A stretch of 64,000 nt of DNA from an uncultured Saprospiraceae bacterium (GTDB lineage Bacteria > Bacteroidota > Bacteroidia > Chitinophagales > Saprospiraceae): assembly GCA_964616755.1 (NCBI GenBank), contig CAZTSI010000012.1, forward strand, positions 9,428-73,427, given 5' to 3'. Below the pieces are notes generated by a model. That model saw nothing but the letters and a program-made list of their open reading frames with translations. It was not told the DNA's origin and did no database searches. The translations under genes were made by a program, and so were the position numbers. This document shows positions 18,979 through 28,804 of the stretch, in pieces. Within the stretch, counting starts at the first letter, position 1, and each line of letters opens with the position of its first letter.

Positions 18979-20058
18979 ATGTCACAAGTTATGTTTTTTG
19001 ATGCTCATTTGGATTTAGCCATGAATGCTATGGAGTGGAACAGAGACTTGCGATGGAGCATAGATGACATCCGCCAGTCTGAGAAAGGCATGACTGACAA
19101 ACCCGACAGAGCTCAAGGAATGGTAAACTTCGAGTGTCTGAGAAAGGGAAATATAGGCATAGTTGTCGCCACACAAATTGCTCGGTACACAAAAAAAAGT
19201 AACCTTCTACCTAGTGCAAGTTGGCATTCTCCTGAACAGGCTTGGGCTCAAACGCAAGCGCAATTGGCATGGTATGAAACGATGGCTTCCACAGGGCATA
19301 TTCGTATAGTAACCAATAAAGCGGAGCTAGATACACATTTGGATCAAAGGCAAAATCATCAAGAATCGACACCCATTGGGCTTATCAGAAGTCTAGAAGG
19401 AGCTGATTCTCTCATTGACTTGACCTATCTGGAGCGAGCGTACAGATCTGGTCTGCGTGCCATTGGCCCAGCGCATTATGGTCCGGGAACGTATGCGCAT
19501 GGTACACATTCTACAGGAGGCATAGGTCAGAAAGGGAAAGAACTATTACGTGAGATGGAGGCATTGAATATGATTTTGGATGTTACCCATCTGTGCGATG
19601 AAAGTTTTTGGGAAGCTATCGATCTGTTTAAAGGACATCTTTGGGCTAGCCATAGCAATTGTCGAGCGCTAGTACCGCATGAACGACAATTCAGTGATGA
19701 TCAACTCAAAGAAATAATAAGAAGAGATGGCGTTATTGGCGTTGCCTTTGATGCTTGGATGCTCGTACCGGAGTGGCAGAGGGGTATTTCTACGCCACAA
19801 TCTACGCAGCTCAGCCTTCAAACTGTTGCGGATCATATAGACCATATTTGTCAGCTCAGCGGAAATGCTAAGCATGTTGGTATTGGCAGTGACTTAGATG
19901 GAGCATTTGGTCGCGAGCAAGCACCGGCCGACATGGATACTATCGCCGATGTTCAAAATCTCACTTCCATTTTAGCCTCAAGACATTATTCACAAATAGA
20001 AATTGAGCAAATTTGTGCAGGCAATTGGATTCATTTTTTGCGCACAGCTTGGGCATGA
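18979..20058 (+). CDS. M19-family (renal-type) dipeptidase, cytoplasmic
   Basis: FDAHLDLAMNAM N-terminal metal motif, LDVTHL, GIGSDLDG. No signal peptide. Confidence 0.8.
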   Translation: MSQVMFFDAHLDLAMNAMEWNRDLRWSIDDIRQSEKGMTDKPDRAQGMVNFECLRKGNIGIVVATQIARYTKKSNLLPSASWHSPEQAWAQTQAQLAWYETMASTGHIRIVTNKAELDTHLDQRQNHQESTPIGLIRSLEGADSLIDLTYLERAYRSGLRAIGPAHYGPGTYAHGTHSTGGIGQKGKELLREMEALNMILDVTHLCDESFWEAIDLFKGHLWASHSNCRALVPHERQFSDDQLKEIIRRDGVIGVAFDAWMLVPEWQRGISTPQSTQLSLQTVADHIDHICQLSGNAKHVGIGSDLDGAFGREQAPADMDTIADVQNLTSILASRHYSQIEIEQICAGNWIHFLRTAWA

Positions 20059-20124
20059 GCGACAGGTGTTAAGGGACTTGCTAAGGTTTGTAAAAACTTG
20101 TATAAATTTAATAATCTTTGCTTG

Positions 20125-21300
20125 ATGAAATGTTCGACACCTTTTTGCTTTATGCTAATCTGGTTTGCTGTTACATGGATTGCGTGCAGTTCCCCTACCC
20201 CCAAAGTGACGCAAAAAGTAACAGACCAAGGAGCTATGTGCAATAGTAACTCAAACAAAGGCTGGGCATATTTTCATGATGAATCGATGATGGCCATTGC
20301 TGCTATCGTGCCCGACCAAGCCATTAACTCAGATAAAATGATGATGGTGCCTGGTGGATATTTTGATTATGGCGCAAAAGAGCGTAAAGACATACAATTG
20401 GCCTATGCCGGCGCTCAACCTAAGGCAGACGAATATCCTGTAGTACAAGTATGGATTGATAGTTTTTTAATGGATGCCACCGAAGTAACTAATGCTCAAT
20501 TTGCAAGATTTATAGAAGCGACCGGATATATAACTACCGCCGAAAAAGCTATCAGCAAAGAAGAATTAATGGCACAATTGCCACCGAATACCCCCCTTCC
20601 TCATGATAGTCTTTTAGCGCCCGCCTCTCTCGTATTTCGGATTCCTAATAAAACCGACAGGGCGATAAACGCAGTAGATGATTGGTGGAAAGTAGAACGA
20701 GGTGCTCATTGGAGGCAACCTGATGGACTAAACAGCAACATTAATGGCCGCGAAAATTACCCTGTCGTTCATATTTCATGGTATGATGCAATGGCCTATG
20801 CCAAATGGGCTGGAAAACGCTTACCTACCGAAGCAGAATGGGAATATGCCGCTAAATCTGGGCAAAAACAACAGATTTTTTCTTGGGGTAACTCCATAAA
20901 TACCCCCGAATATTCAGGAAATTATTGGCAAGGAGAATTTCCATTTGTCGACACCAAAGAAGATGGATGGGCAGGCACATCGCCTGTCAAGTCCTATTCG
21001 CCTAATTCATTTGGCCTATATGATATGTCTGGCAATGTATGGGAATGGTGCGAAGATTGGTATCACGCTCTATACTATGAATGTCTCGATGAAATGCCGA
21101 ATGTACAAAACCCCGTCGGACCTAAATTGAGCTATGATCCTTACATGCCTTATGCTTCACAAAAAGTATTGCGAGGGGGATCATATTTGTGCAATGATTC
21201 CTATTGCGCTGGATATCGGACCTCTGCTAGAATGAAATCAAGCCCAGATACAGGCCTAGCCCATACGGGCTTCAGATGTGTCAAGAACATTGCACAATAG
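20125..21300 (+). CDS. formylglycine-generating-enzyme (FGE/SUMF1) fold lipoprotein
   Basis: Lipobox MKCSTPFCFMLIWFAVTWIACS. FGE-sulfatase-domain motifs YPVVHISWYDAMAYAKWAGKRLPTEAEWEYAA, GNVWEWCEDWY, RGGSYLC and GFRCV. Confidence 0.8.
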   Translation: MKCSTPFCFMLIWFAVTWIACSSPTPKVTQKVTDQGAMCNSNSNKGWAYFHDESMMAIAAIVPDQAINSDKMMMVPGGYFDYGAKERKDIQLAYAGAQPKADEYPVVQVWIDSFLMDATEVTNAQFARFIEATGYITTAEKAISKEELMAQLPPNTPLPHDSLLAPASLVFRIPNKTDRAINAVDDWWKVERGAHWRQPDGLNSNINGRENYPVVHISWYDAMAYAKWAGKRLPTEAEWEYAAKSGQKQQIFSWGNSINTPEYSGNYWQGEFPFVDTKEDGWAGTSPVKSYSPNSFGLYDMSGNVWEWCEDWYHALYYECLDEMPNVQNPVGPKLSYDPYMPYASQKVLRGGSYLCNDSYCAGYRTSARMKSSPDTGLAHTGFRCVKNIAQ

Positions 21301-21371
21301 CAATATTCAAATATGTTGAATAAAGTCACGTCTAAATTTCTATATTGAGCGTCAAATAAGTTATTCGAACC

Positions 21372-22961
21372 ATGCAACTCTCTAATTTAGACCTAGGCAT
21401 TTTTACCGTTTATCTTCTTTCGATGGTCAGCATCGGCATCTATATGGCGTTCAAAGAGCGCAATCAGGACTCAGCTCAATACTTTTTGGCTGGAAAGTCA
21501 CTACCGTGGTGGGCTATTGGCGCATCGCTTATTGCGTCTAACATTTCTGCCGAACAAATGATAGGGATGGCGGGATCTGGTTTTGCATTGGGCTTAGCTA
21601 TCTCTTCGTACGAATTAATGGCTGCCGCCACTTTAATCGTTGTGGCTAAATGGTTTTTGCCCATTTTTATTAAAAACAATATCTCGACGATGCCCCAATT
21701 TCTCGAAAAACGTTTTGACCATCGTGTCAGAACAGGACTCGCAGTTTTTTGGGTCATGCTCTTCATTTTCGTTAACATCACAGCCCTGCTTTATTTAGGT
21801 GGACTGGCAATTGAAAATGTCATGGGTATTCCCCTTATATGGGGCGTTATAGGACTAGCGTTGTATTCTGCTTCCTTTTCGATATTTGGTGGATTGAAAG
21901 TGGTTGTTTGGACGGATGTGATCCAGGTAGTCGTATTGATCTTAGGTGGATCGATTGCTAGTTATCTCATTGTTGATGCTGTCAGCGGAGGGCAAGGTTT
22001 TTTTAAAGGCCTCAGCATTTTGTATGAGCGTGTACCTGAGAAATTTGATATGATTTTTGAGAAAAGCAGCACATATACAGACGTAGAGACAGGACAGCAA
22101 AAGTCTGCCTATTCCGATCTTCCTGGCATCAGTGTATTGATCGGCGGAATGTGGATAGCCAATTTATACTATTGGGGCATCAATCAATATATTATTCAGC
22201 GCGCTCTAGCGGCCAAAAGTGTTAATGAAGCACAAAAAGGAATGGTATTCGCGGCCTTTTTGAAGGTGCTTATGCCATTAATCGTCGTCATTCCCGGTAT
22301 AGCTGCCTTTCATCTTGGAGCTGAAATCACCAAAGCTGATGAAGCCTATCCATGGGTTATAAGTAATTATGTACCGATCGGCATAAAAGGTATTGCAATG
22401 GCCGCTTTAGTGGCGGCTATTGGTTCTTCTCTGAGTTCTATGTTGAATAGTACTTCTACCATATACACCTTAGACATTCACAAGCCACTTTTCAATCGAG
22501 AAATGTCTGAAAAAATGGCCGTTCGTGTAGGGCAATTTACAGCGGCGGCGGCTCTAATCATCGGCATTATTATGACTCCAGCCTTGAAAAGCTTTGGACA
22601 GATATTTTTATTTATTCAGGAATATACTGGATTTATAAGTCCGGGCATTTTAGCGATTTTTATGGTGGGGTTGTTTTGGAAAAAAGCCACGACGCGTTCG
22701 GCGATTATTGCTCTAATCTTTGCTATACCAATGAGTATAGGATTGAAAATGGGTTTTCCTGAAATTCCATTTATCAATCGCATGGGCATATGTTTTTTGG
22801 CAAACATTGCCTTAATGGTCATTGCTACTAAACTTTGGCCTGACAATCATACGCGTACTTTAGAATGGGATAAGAAAATGTTCAGCACAAGTCAATTGTT
22901 TAATGTAGGTTCTATTATTGTCTTTGGCCTATTGGCTGTGATCTACGCTATGTTTTGGTAG
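21372..22961 (+). CDS. sodium:solute symporter (SSF/SGLT-type)
   Basis: 529 aa and about 13-14 TM helices. YFLAGKSLPWWAIGASLIASNISAEQMIGMAGSG is the characteristic SSF N-terminal motif. Confidence 0.9.
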   Translation: MQLSNLDLGIFTVYLLSMVSIGIYMAFKERNQDSAQYFLAGKSLPWWAIGASLIASNISAEQMIGMAGSGFALGLAISSYELMAAATLIVVAKWFLPIFIKNNISTMPQFLEKRFDHRVRTGLAVFWVMLFIFVNITALLYLGGLAIENVMGIPLIWGVIGLALYSASFSIFGGLKVVVWTDVIQVVVLILGGSIASYLIVDAVSGGQGFFKGLSILYERVPEKFDMIFEKSSTYTDVETGQQKSAYSDLPGISVLIGGMWIANLYYWGINQYIIQRALAAKSVNEAQKGMVFAAFLKVLMPLIVVIPGIAAFHLGAEITKADEAYPWVISNYVPIGIKGIAMAALVAAIGSSLSSMLNSTSTIYTLDIHKPLFNREMSEKMAVRVGQFTAAAALIIGIIMTPALKSFGQIFLFIQEYTGFISPGILAIFMVGLFWKKATTRSAIIALIFAIPMSIGLKMGFPEIPFINRMGICFLANIALMVIATKLWPDNHTRTLEWDKKMFSTSQLFNVGSIIVFGLLAVIYAMFW

Positions 22962-23032
22962 ATTGAATTTCATTTGTTTGAAATGTATGATCCTTTTTTT
23001 TATCTTGGAGCAGCAAATAAACGTATAGAATT

Positions 23033-24157
23033 ATGTCTTCATTATCACGTCGCCATTTACTCAAACGATTAGGTACCTTAGGAGCTGCTGGTTTGGTCGT
23101 TCATCCAAGTGAACTTTTGAAGTTATATCCAGAACAAGGACAACACTTTGCATTAGGGGATAGTGATATGGTTAGGTTGTCGTCTAACGAAAACCCCTAC
23201 TCTCCTAGCCCCCTGATGGCTAAAACCTTGGCGGATCTCGGGCCTGACCTTTGCCGCTATCCCAATATGCATTTTAGTGATTTGGAGGCAAAAATAGCCA
23301 TGCGTGAAGGCGTACCGGCTGATCAAGTGGTGGTGTGTTCAGGATCAAGAGAGGGTTTAAATGTAGTAGGACTGCACGCTAGTTTAAAAGGCGGCGAAAT
23401 TGCAACTTGTCTTCCTACATATAATGCGTTGTTGTCGTATGCGGAGCAATTTGGAGCGATGATCAATGCGAGTCCGTTGGACGAGAATTTGGGTTTTAAC
23501 CTAGAGGCAATTAAAGCAAGTATAAACGAAAAGACTAAACTGGTCTTTATATGCAATCCTAATAATCCGACAGGCACGTTACTAGATGCAGCCAAGCTAG
23601 AAGCTTTTTGCAAGGAAGTCAGCCGCACAGTACCCGTATTCGTAGATGAAGTATACAAAGATTATATAGTAGATCCCGATTATCCATCAATGAAGTTACT
23701 GATTTCACAAGGTTATGACATCATTATTGCTCGCACGTTTTCAAAAGTTTATGGACTAGCGGGTGCACGGATCGGCTATCTAATTACGAATGCAGAAAGA
23801 GCCAAGGTGCTAAGACGAGCATTGATGTCTGGCTCTAATGTGCTAGGTCTAAAAATGGCCCTCACTGCCTTGCAAGACGATAGCTTTTACCGGTATTCAT
23901 TAGCTAAGAATCATGAAGCCAAAGAGATGATTTATAGCTCGCTAGACAAAGTCGGACTCAAGTATATTCGATCACACACCAATTTTGTATTTTTCAAAAC
24001 AGATATTCACATAGAGCAACTTTCTAAAACATTTGCGAGTCATGGCGTAGAGGTAGGGCGTCCGTTTCCGCCTTTTTATGACTGGTGTCGTATAAGCACA
24101 GGCACAATTGACGAAGTAGGTCAATTTACTAAAGTCCTTGAGCGGGTATTCGCCTAG
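23033..24157 (+). CDS. class I/II PLP aminotransferase (HisC-like) with twin-arginine signal
   Basis: N-terminus MSSLSRRHLLKRLGTLGAAGLV is Tat-like (SRRxLLK). SSNENPY, NPNNPTG and the PLP-lysine context RTFSKVYGLAGARIGY are typical of histidinol-phosphate aminotransferase-like enzymes. Confidence 0.85.
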   Translation: MSSLSRRHLLKRLGTLGAAGLVVHPSELLKLYPEQGQHFALGDSDMVRLSSNENPYSPSPLMAKTLADLGPDLCRYPNMHFSDLEAKIAMREGVPADQVVVCSGSREGLNVVGLHASLKGGEIATCLPTYNALLSYAEQFGAMINASPLDENLGFNLEAIKASINEKTKLVFICNPNNPTGTLLDAAKLEAFCKEVSRTVPVFVDEVYKDYIVDPDYPSMKLLISQGYDIIIARTFSKVYGLAGARIGYLITNAERAKVLRRALMSGSNVLGLKMALTALQDDSFYRYSLAKNHEAKEMIYSSLDKVGLKYIRSHTNFVFFKTDIHIEQLSKTFASHGVEVGRPFPPFYDWCRISTGTIDEVGQFTKVLERVFA

Positions 24158-24835
24158 ATGAACAAAAACGAGGTACGTATTGAGCAGAGCTGGGCAAATG
24201 CTTTGGTTGAGGAGTTTTCAAAACCCTATTTTGATGAACTGGTCAAATTTCTGCGCAAAGAAAAAAATGCAGGAAAGTATATCTATCCCCCAGGTGAAAT
24301 GATCTTTAATGCTTATTCATTAACTCCCATAGATCAAGTAAAAGTGGTCATCCTAGGTCAAGATCCCTATCACAATCCGAATGAAGCAATGGGCTTATGT
24401 TTCAGTGTGCCGAAGGGTATACGTATACCTCCATCGTTGCGAAATATATATCGCGAATTGCAGGCAAGTACTGATTTTATAACCCCGAATCACGGCGATT
24501 TAACCTCTTGGGCACAGCAAGGTGTGCTTTTGCTCAATTCGATATTAACGGTTGAAAAAAACAAGGCTGCATCACACCAATCCATCGGTTGGCAACTGTT
24601 TACAGATGCTACAATTAAAGTGTTGAGCGAGAAGCGAGAAAATATAATTTTCCTTCTTTGGGGACGCTATGCAATGGGTAAGAAAACGCTGATTGATCCC
24701 TTGAAGCATCACATATTGACAGCAGCGCATCCTTCGCCGCTTGCCAGAGATGCATTTCAAGGCTGTGGGCACTTTGTTAAAGCAAATGAGCTCTTGAATA
24801 AATTGAAACTTAAAAAAATTGATTGGCAAATATGA
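24158..24835 (+). CDS. ung: uracil-DNA glycosylase (family 1)
   Basis: VVILGQDPYH (water-activating loop), GVLLLN and HPSPLA motifs. The ATG immediately follows the upstream TAG. Confidence 0.95.
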   Translation: MNKNEVRIEQSWANALVEEFSKPYFDELVKFLRKEKNAGKYIYPPGEMIFNAYSLTPIDQVKVVILGQDPYHNPNEAMGLCFSVPKGIRIPPSLRNIYRELQASTDFITPNHGDLTSWAQQGVLLLNSILTVEKNKAASHQSIGWQLFTDATIKVLSEKRENIIFLLWGRYAMGKKTLIDPLKHHILTAAHPSPLARDAFQGCGHFVKANELLNKLKLKKIDWQI

Positions 24836-25242
24836 AGCATGCTTCAAAGGATCAAATGTTGATCATTGGATTTATAAGTATGGCGGTCGGTGTCAGCCTA
24901 GGCGCATTTGGTGCACACGCCTTACAAGAAATACTGAGTGAGCGCTATTTCGAGGTCTATAAGACGGCTACACTCTACTTATTTATTCATGCACTTGGCT
25001 TAATTTGTCTTTCCTTATTATCGTATACCAAACCAAATATCCAATTAAAATGGGCCAAAATATGCTGCCTAACTGGTATGATCTTATTTTGCGGTTCTCT
25101 ATATATTCTGTCCTTCAATGAACTTTGGCACACACCGAGTCTGCGTAAGCTCGGCGCCATTGCGCCCATTGGGGGTATTTCTTTTGTGCTGTGTTGGATC
25201 TTAGCGGCATTGGCAGTGTATAGAGAAGCGATATACGAATGA
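24832..25242 (+). CDS. DUF423-family small membrane protein
   Basis: 4 TM helices. GAFGAHAL motif near the N-terminus. The ATG at 24832 overlaps the ung TGA (ATGA). Confidence 0.75.
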   Translation: MKHASKDQMLIIGFISMAVGVSLGAFGAHALQEILSERYFEVYKTATLYLFIHALGLICLSLLSYTKPNIQLKWAKICCLTGMILFCGSLYILSFNELWHTPSLRKLGAIAPIGGISFVLCWILAALAVYREAIYE

Positions 25243-25523
25243 TTACAGCCCCCCCAGAGCTCATTTTAATATTCACAGGATTGAATGGGCAGAGAATCCG
25301 TTAACATTAAAATTTAATACGCCAAATTTGCCTACTGCAAAAGAAAGCGAACAGGCCTAAAATCACAAAAGATCGTCCACGTCGCAGCTCGAGAAAGGAA
25401 ATATTTAAAACAATGCCCCTCATCACAAAATCACATAGAAATTGAACACTAAGCCAAAATATTGGACTAAAAAAGGGTTCCTCCAAACACTTATGTAAAG
25501 AACCTGTTTACTTAAGATAGTAT

Positions 25524-27185
25524 TTATCGCGATCTGTCCTTGACTGGGTTACCCAAAATCCTCGTTAATGCTAAATCTTGGAAATCAAAACTGAAATCAA
25601 TGAAGGGGGAAATCCCCTTCAATTCAATTCTTTGAGCTATTTTGTTTTCGTCTAGAAAGAAAGTGGCTAAGGCATCGGCCTTCATATCTTGATATTCCCA
25701 TTTTATTGCAAAAGTATTGTCCTTATAATATGCCATTTCACCATTTAATCTTGGCGATCTTTTAGATCTGAACCATAAAACCCCATCTTTTACAAAAACT
25801 TCAACTTCCCCAAACCAGTTATCTTTGTATAGTCCGACATAGCTATCCATATGGATTTTTAAACTTCTACTAGCTTCTACTTGAGACCATACCTTATCAG
25901 AAACGGGGTCACCCATTTCCCGCCTTTGTTGTTGCATTCCCTGTGCCATTTCTAACCAATTGATACCTGTTTTTAATTTTAGATATTCATCTAATAAACT
26001 ATAACCCATCATACCATTCAAAAAACCAACTCCTTCCGAATTGTTCAAAACAACGATTCCAAGTTCTAGTTCTGGAATCAACGTTACTTCAGAAGACATT
26101 CCCGCAATTAATCCCGAATGTTCAACTTTGAGAAATCCATTGAAATCCGATAAAAACCATCCTAATCCATACCCCGAGAAATGGACTTTAAAAGGAGACC
26201 TCGGGTCCATTTTTTGATTCATGGGCGTGTGAATACTCCACATTTCTTGCTGTTGCTGTTCTGAGAATAAAGTTTTGTCCAAATCAGTACCATATTTGCC
26301 TTCATTCAATTGCACCAACATCCAATTGCACATATCATTTGCGCTAGCCCAAATTCCGCCTGCCGCACCGTTCAACTTTGGCGCTGTATTGGCATCCAAA
26401 ACTGATTCTAGGTTTTGTATTACTTTCAACGCTTTGCCATCAAAAGAATGTGCAACTGCAATTTTATCCTTTTTAAACGCTTCACTGAAGCTGGTATAGG
26501 AATTATTCATTTCTAAAGGTTTCAAGATCACATCATTAACAAATGTTTCCCACGTCTTTCCGCTCACTCTTTCAGTAAGTTCTCCTGCCACCAAGTACAA
26601 CAAATTATCGTAATCGAACTTTGTCCTAAAGGCTGTCGCCGGTTCAAAATATTGAAAAGAAGTAAGTACATCATCAATGGTAAAATCCGAACCGTCAGGG
26701 AAAATCATAAGATCGCCTGCACCAAGCCCTAAACCACTTCGGTGGGTCAGAAGGTCTTGAATAGTGAAATTCTTGGTAACATAATCGTTGTACATTTTAA
26801 ATTCAGGTATATAATTTATGACCTTATCCTCCCATTTTATTTTTCCTTGATCAACCAAAATCGCCAATGCAGCGGACGTAAAAGCTTTGGAATTTGAGGC
26901 AATCCCAAAGGGAGTATCGGCAGTTACCGTTTCTTTTGAATCTAAGGACTTTATGCCATAACCTTTTATATGAACAATTTTACCGTCTTTGACAACACCT
27001 ATTGCAAAACCCGCTGTATTATCTAAAGTTCTAATCGCCTTTTCGGCTATACTGTCAATTTGGGTCGCAGTCATTTGGGCATTTATGCTTACCGAACTCA
27101 TTAGCACCATCATAAAACCCAACATTTTCATTTTCAAATAATCAATATTGTTTTCAATTTCTTTAATCGCTTCTAGATTATTCAT
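25524..27185 (-). CDS. beta-lactamase-fold serine hydrolase (class C / PBP4*-like) with an extra C-terminal domain
   Basis: SxxK motif in IASNSKAFTS, YxN-like region, signal peptide MKMLGFMMVLMSSVSINAQ. The ATG at 27185 overlaps the upstream TGA (ATGA), but the signal peptide begins at the internal ATG 27131, so the start is ambiguous. Confidence 0.85.
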   Translation of the reverse strand: MNNLEAIKEIENNIDYLKMKMLGFMMVLMSSVSINAQMTATQIDSIAEKAIRTLDNTAGFAIGVVKDGKIVHIKGYGIKSLDSKETVTADTPFGIASNSKAFTSAALAILVDQGKIKWEDKVINYIPEFKMYNDYVTKNFTIQDLLTHRSGLGLGAGDLMIFPDGSDFTIDDVLTSFQYFEPATAFRTKFDYDNLLYLVAGELTERVSGKTWETFVNDVILKPLEMNNSYTSFSEAFKKDKIAVAHSFDGKALKVIQNLESVLDANTAPKLNGAAGGIWASANDMCNWMLVQLNEGKYGTDLDKTLFSEQQQQEMWSIHTPMNQKMDPRSPFKVHFSGYGLGWFLSDFNGFLKVEHSGLIAGMSSEVTLIPELELGIVVLNNSEGVGFLNGMMGYSLLDEYLKLKTGINWLEMAQGMQQQRREMGDPVSDKVWSQVEASRSLKIHMDSYVGLYKDNWFGEVEVFVKDGVLWFRSKRSPRLNGEMAYYKDNTFAIKWEYQDMKADALATFFLDENKIAQRIELKGISPFIDFSFDFQDLALTRILGNPVKDRSR

Positions 27186-27520
27186 GATAAATTGTTTTCC
27201 AGATTATCAAATATTTTTGCTTTTCCCATTTCTAGCAGAATGAAAATGACGAGTAATGTTATGATTATCGAAGTGTACGTTACAATTGAATGTTCAACCG
27301 TTCGAACGCTACTTGGCAGACTAAATAGTATTCCTAGAACTACAATTAGAATACCCGACACGATTATAGATTTAAAGCCATTAGCTTTGTAACGGGCAAT
27401 TTGAACTTTTGAACTTTCTCGTTCTTGTATAGTTTTCAAAATAACCCCCTCTAGGTCAATAGGCACATTTATTTGGTCTATGTTCCCCAAGATTTCCATT
27501 AAGTGGTCTTTATTATTCAT
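27182..27520 (-). CDS. small membrane protein in the anti-sigma position (putative anti-sigma factor)
   Basis: 112 aa with a cytoplasmic N-terminal segment and two TM helices. It lies directly downstream of the ECF sigma gene. It has no HxxxCxxC zinc motif, so the call rests on position only. Confidence 0.4.
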   Translation of the reverse strand: MNNKDHLMEILGNIDQINVPIDLEGVILKTIQERESSKVQIARYKANGFKSIIVSGILIVVLGILFSLPSSVRTVEHSIVTYTSIIITLLVIFILLEMGKAKIFDNLENNLS

Positions 27521-27530
27521 TTTAATAGGG

Positions 27531-28076
27531 TTACTTGATTGTTTCGTCTTTTAGCATTTTATAAAAGCTTGTTCTTCCCCTGTGCAAGAGTACTTTTACG
27601 TTTGCTTTGGTAAATGCGGTTATTTCCTCAATCTCCAAAATACTTTGGTCGTCAATGTAATACAGTTGCAAAATCAAGGCTTCCTTCGCGGGCATTTTTC
27701 CAAAAACACCTTTTATAAATTTTTTTAGATCCTCCATTTCGAGTTGAGCAATGGCATTATTGAAAGCGGCCTTTTCGTCATCTGCAATCGAATACTCTCC
27801 AGCTACTTCGTCCTTTCGTTTTTCTCGTCTTATAAACTGTAATGCCGTATTCACAACAATCCTGTAAAACCAAGTTGAAAATTTCGCATCGTTCCTAAAG
27901 TTGCTCAGCGAATAATACGCTGTAATAAAACTGTCTTGAACAACATCTTTTGCATCGTCATCACGTTTTACGATTGAAACAGCCACCCCGAAGGCCTTGT
28001 TTTGATAAGTTCTTATGAAATAACCAAAAGCATTCGTGTTTCCCTTTAAAACCTCATTTATGTAATGGGCTTCCAT
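27531..28076 (-). CDS. ECF-type RNA polymerase sigma-70 factor
   Basis: Region 2 (AKDVVQDSFITAY, FSTWFYRIVVN) and region 4 (ALILQLYYIDDQSILEIEEITAFTKANVKVLLHRGR). Confidence 0.9.
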   Translation of the reverse strand: MEAHYINEVLKGNTNAFGYFIRTYQNKAFGVAVSIVKRDDDAKDVVQDSFITAYYSLSNFRNDAKFSTWFYRIVVNTALQFIRREKRKDEVAGEYSIADDEKAAFNNAIAQLEMEDLKKFIKGVFGKMPAKEALILQLYYIDDQSILEIEEITAFTKANVKVLLHRGRTSFYKMLKDETIK

Positions 28077-28082
28077 GAAGGG

Positions 28083-28421
28083 CTATTTGCTTTTATCTAA
28101 TCTATTAGTCCAGAAAAATGATACGATAAGACTGATCCCCCCAAACATAAGCATAAAAGAAGGGTAAAAAACCACTTCATCAAGTTTTAAAGATTTCTCA
28201 AATAGGTATGCCAAAAGCAAACCAAAAGAAATACCTACCATTAACATTCCTAATTTTAATTCTAGATATCGGCTATTATTTGAGGGGGCATTTGTGTCTA
28301 TGCCCTTTTCGATTTTAGCCATTCGCTCTAAATGCGAGGCTTTGATAAAGGTGTAAGTTGTGTATCCAACAGTGCCAAACAAAGCTACTAATACAACTGC
28401 AGAACCAAAGAAAAATTCCAT
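28083..28421 (-). CDS. small membrane protein (DUF6249-like, tentative), first gene of the ECF operon
   Basis: Three hydrophobic helices and an ERMAKIEKGID loop. It ends 6 nt upstream of the sigma gene. Confidence 0.45.
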   Translation of the reverse strand: MEFFFGSAVVLVALFGTVGYTTYTFIKASHLERMAKIEKGIDTNAPSNNSRYLELKLGMLMVGISFGLLLAYLFEKSLKLDEVVFYPSFMLMFGGISLIVSFFWTNRLDKSK

Positions 28422-28804
28422 TATTTTACTTTTTAAAAGTTACATCTATATGATTATCGCCAATCCAATAAGGTTACAGGCTTTGCAAAATAGTTTCAAA
28501 ATAATACTCTAAGAGCAATAACAACTGGGTTCATTTATAAGTCAGAAAACGTGTTATCAAAAAAAGCAAAACAGCCGGACTCTTTACTCGGGCGAAATGG
28601 AAAACGGACTAATTAAAGGTGCTTATTCGTACGGGTCGCCACAGAAGATAACAATTGCCAAAATAAATAAGGCAATAAATGGATAATCAGAAGGCCACCA
28701 ATAATACGTGGTCTGATAGAAACAATACTTCGCCCATGTTTCTCGAATACTGCTTATACTCGCCTTTTTGAGGATAATATTCCTTTGATCCACAGATCAG
28801 CACT

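Noticed and set aside
25263-25313. An imperfect inverted repeat, ATTTTAATATTCAC...GTTAACATTAAAAT, with an inner GGATT/AATCC pair. It lies downstream of the DUF423 gene and is preceded by a C7 run at 25249-25255.
   Set aside because: The stem is AT-rich and interrupted, there is no T-tract, and there is no second copy. It is probably a weak terminator or chance structure. I recorded it only in case genome-wide repeat searches find copies.
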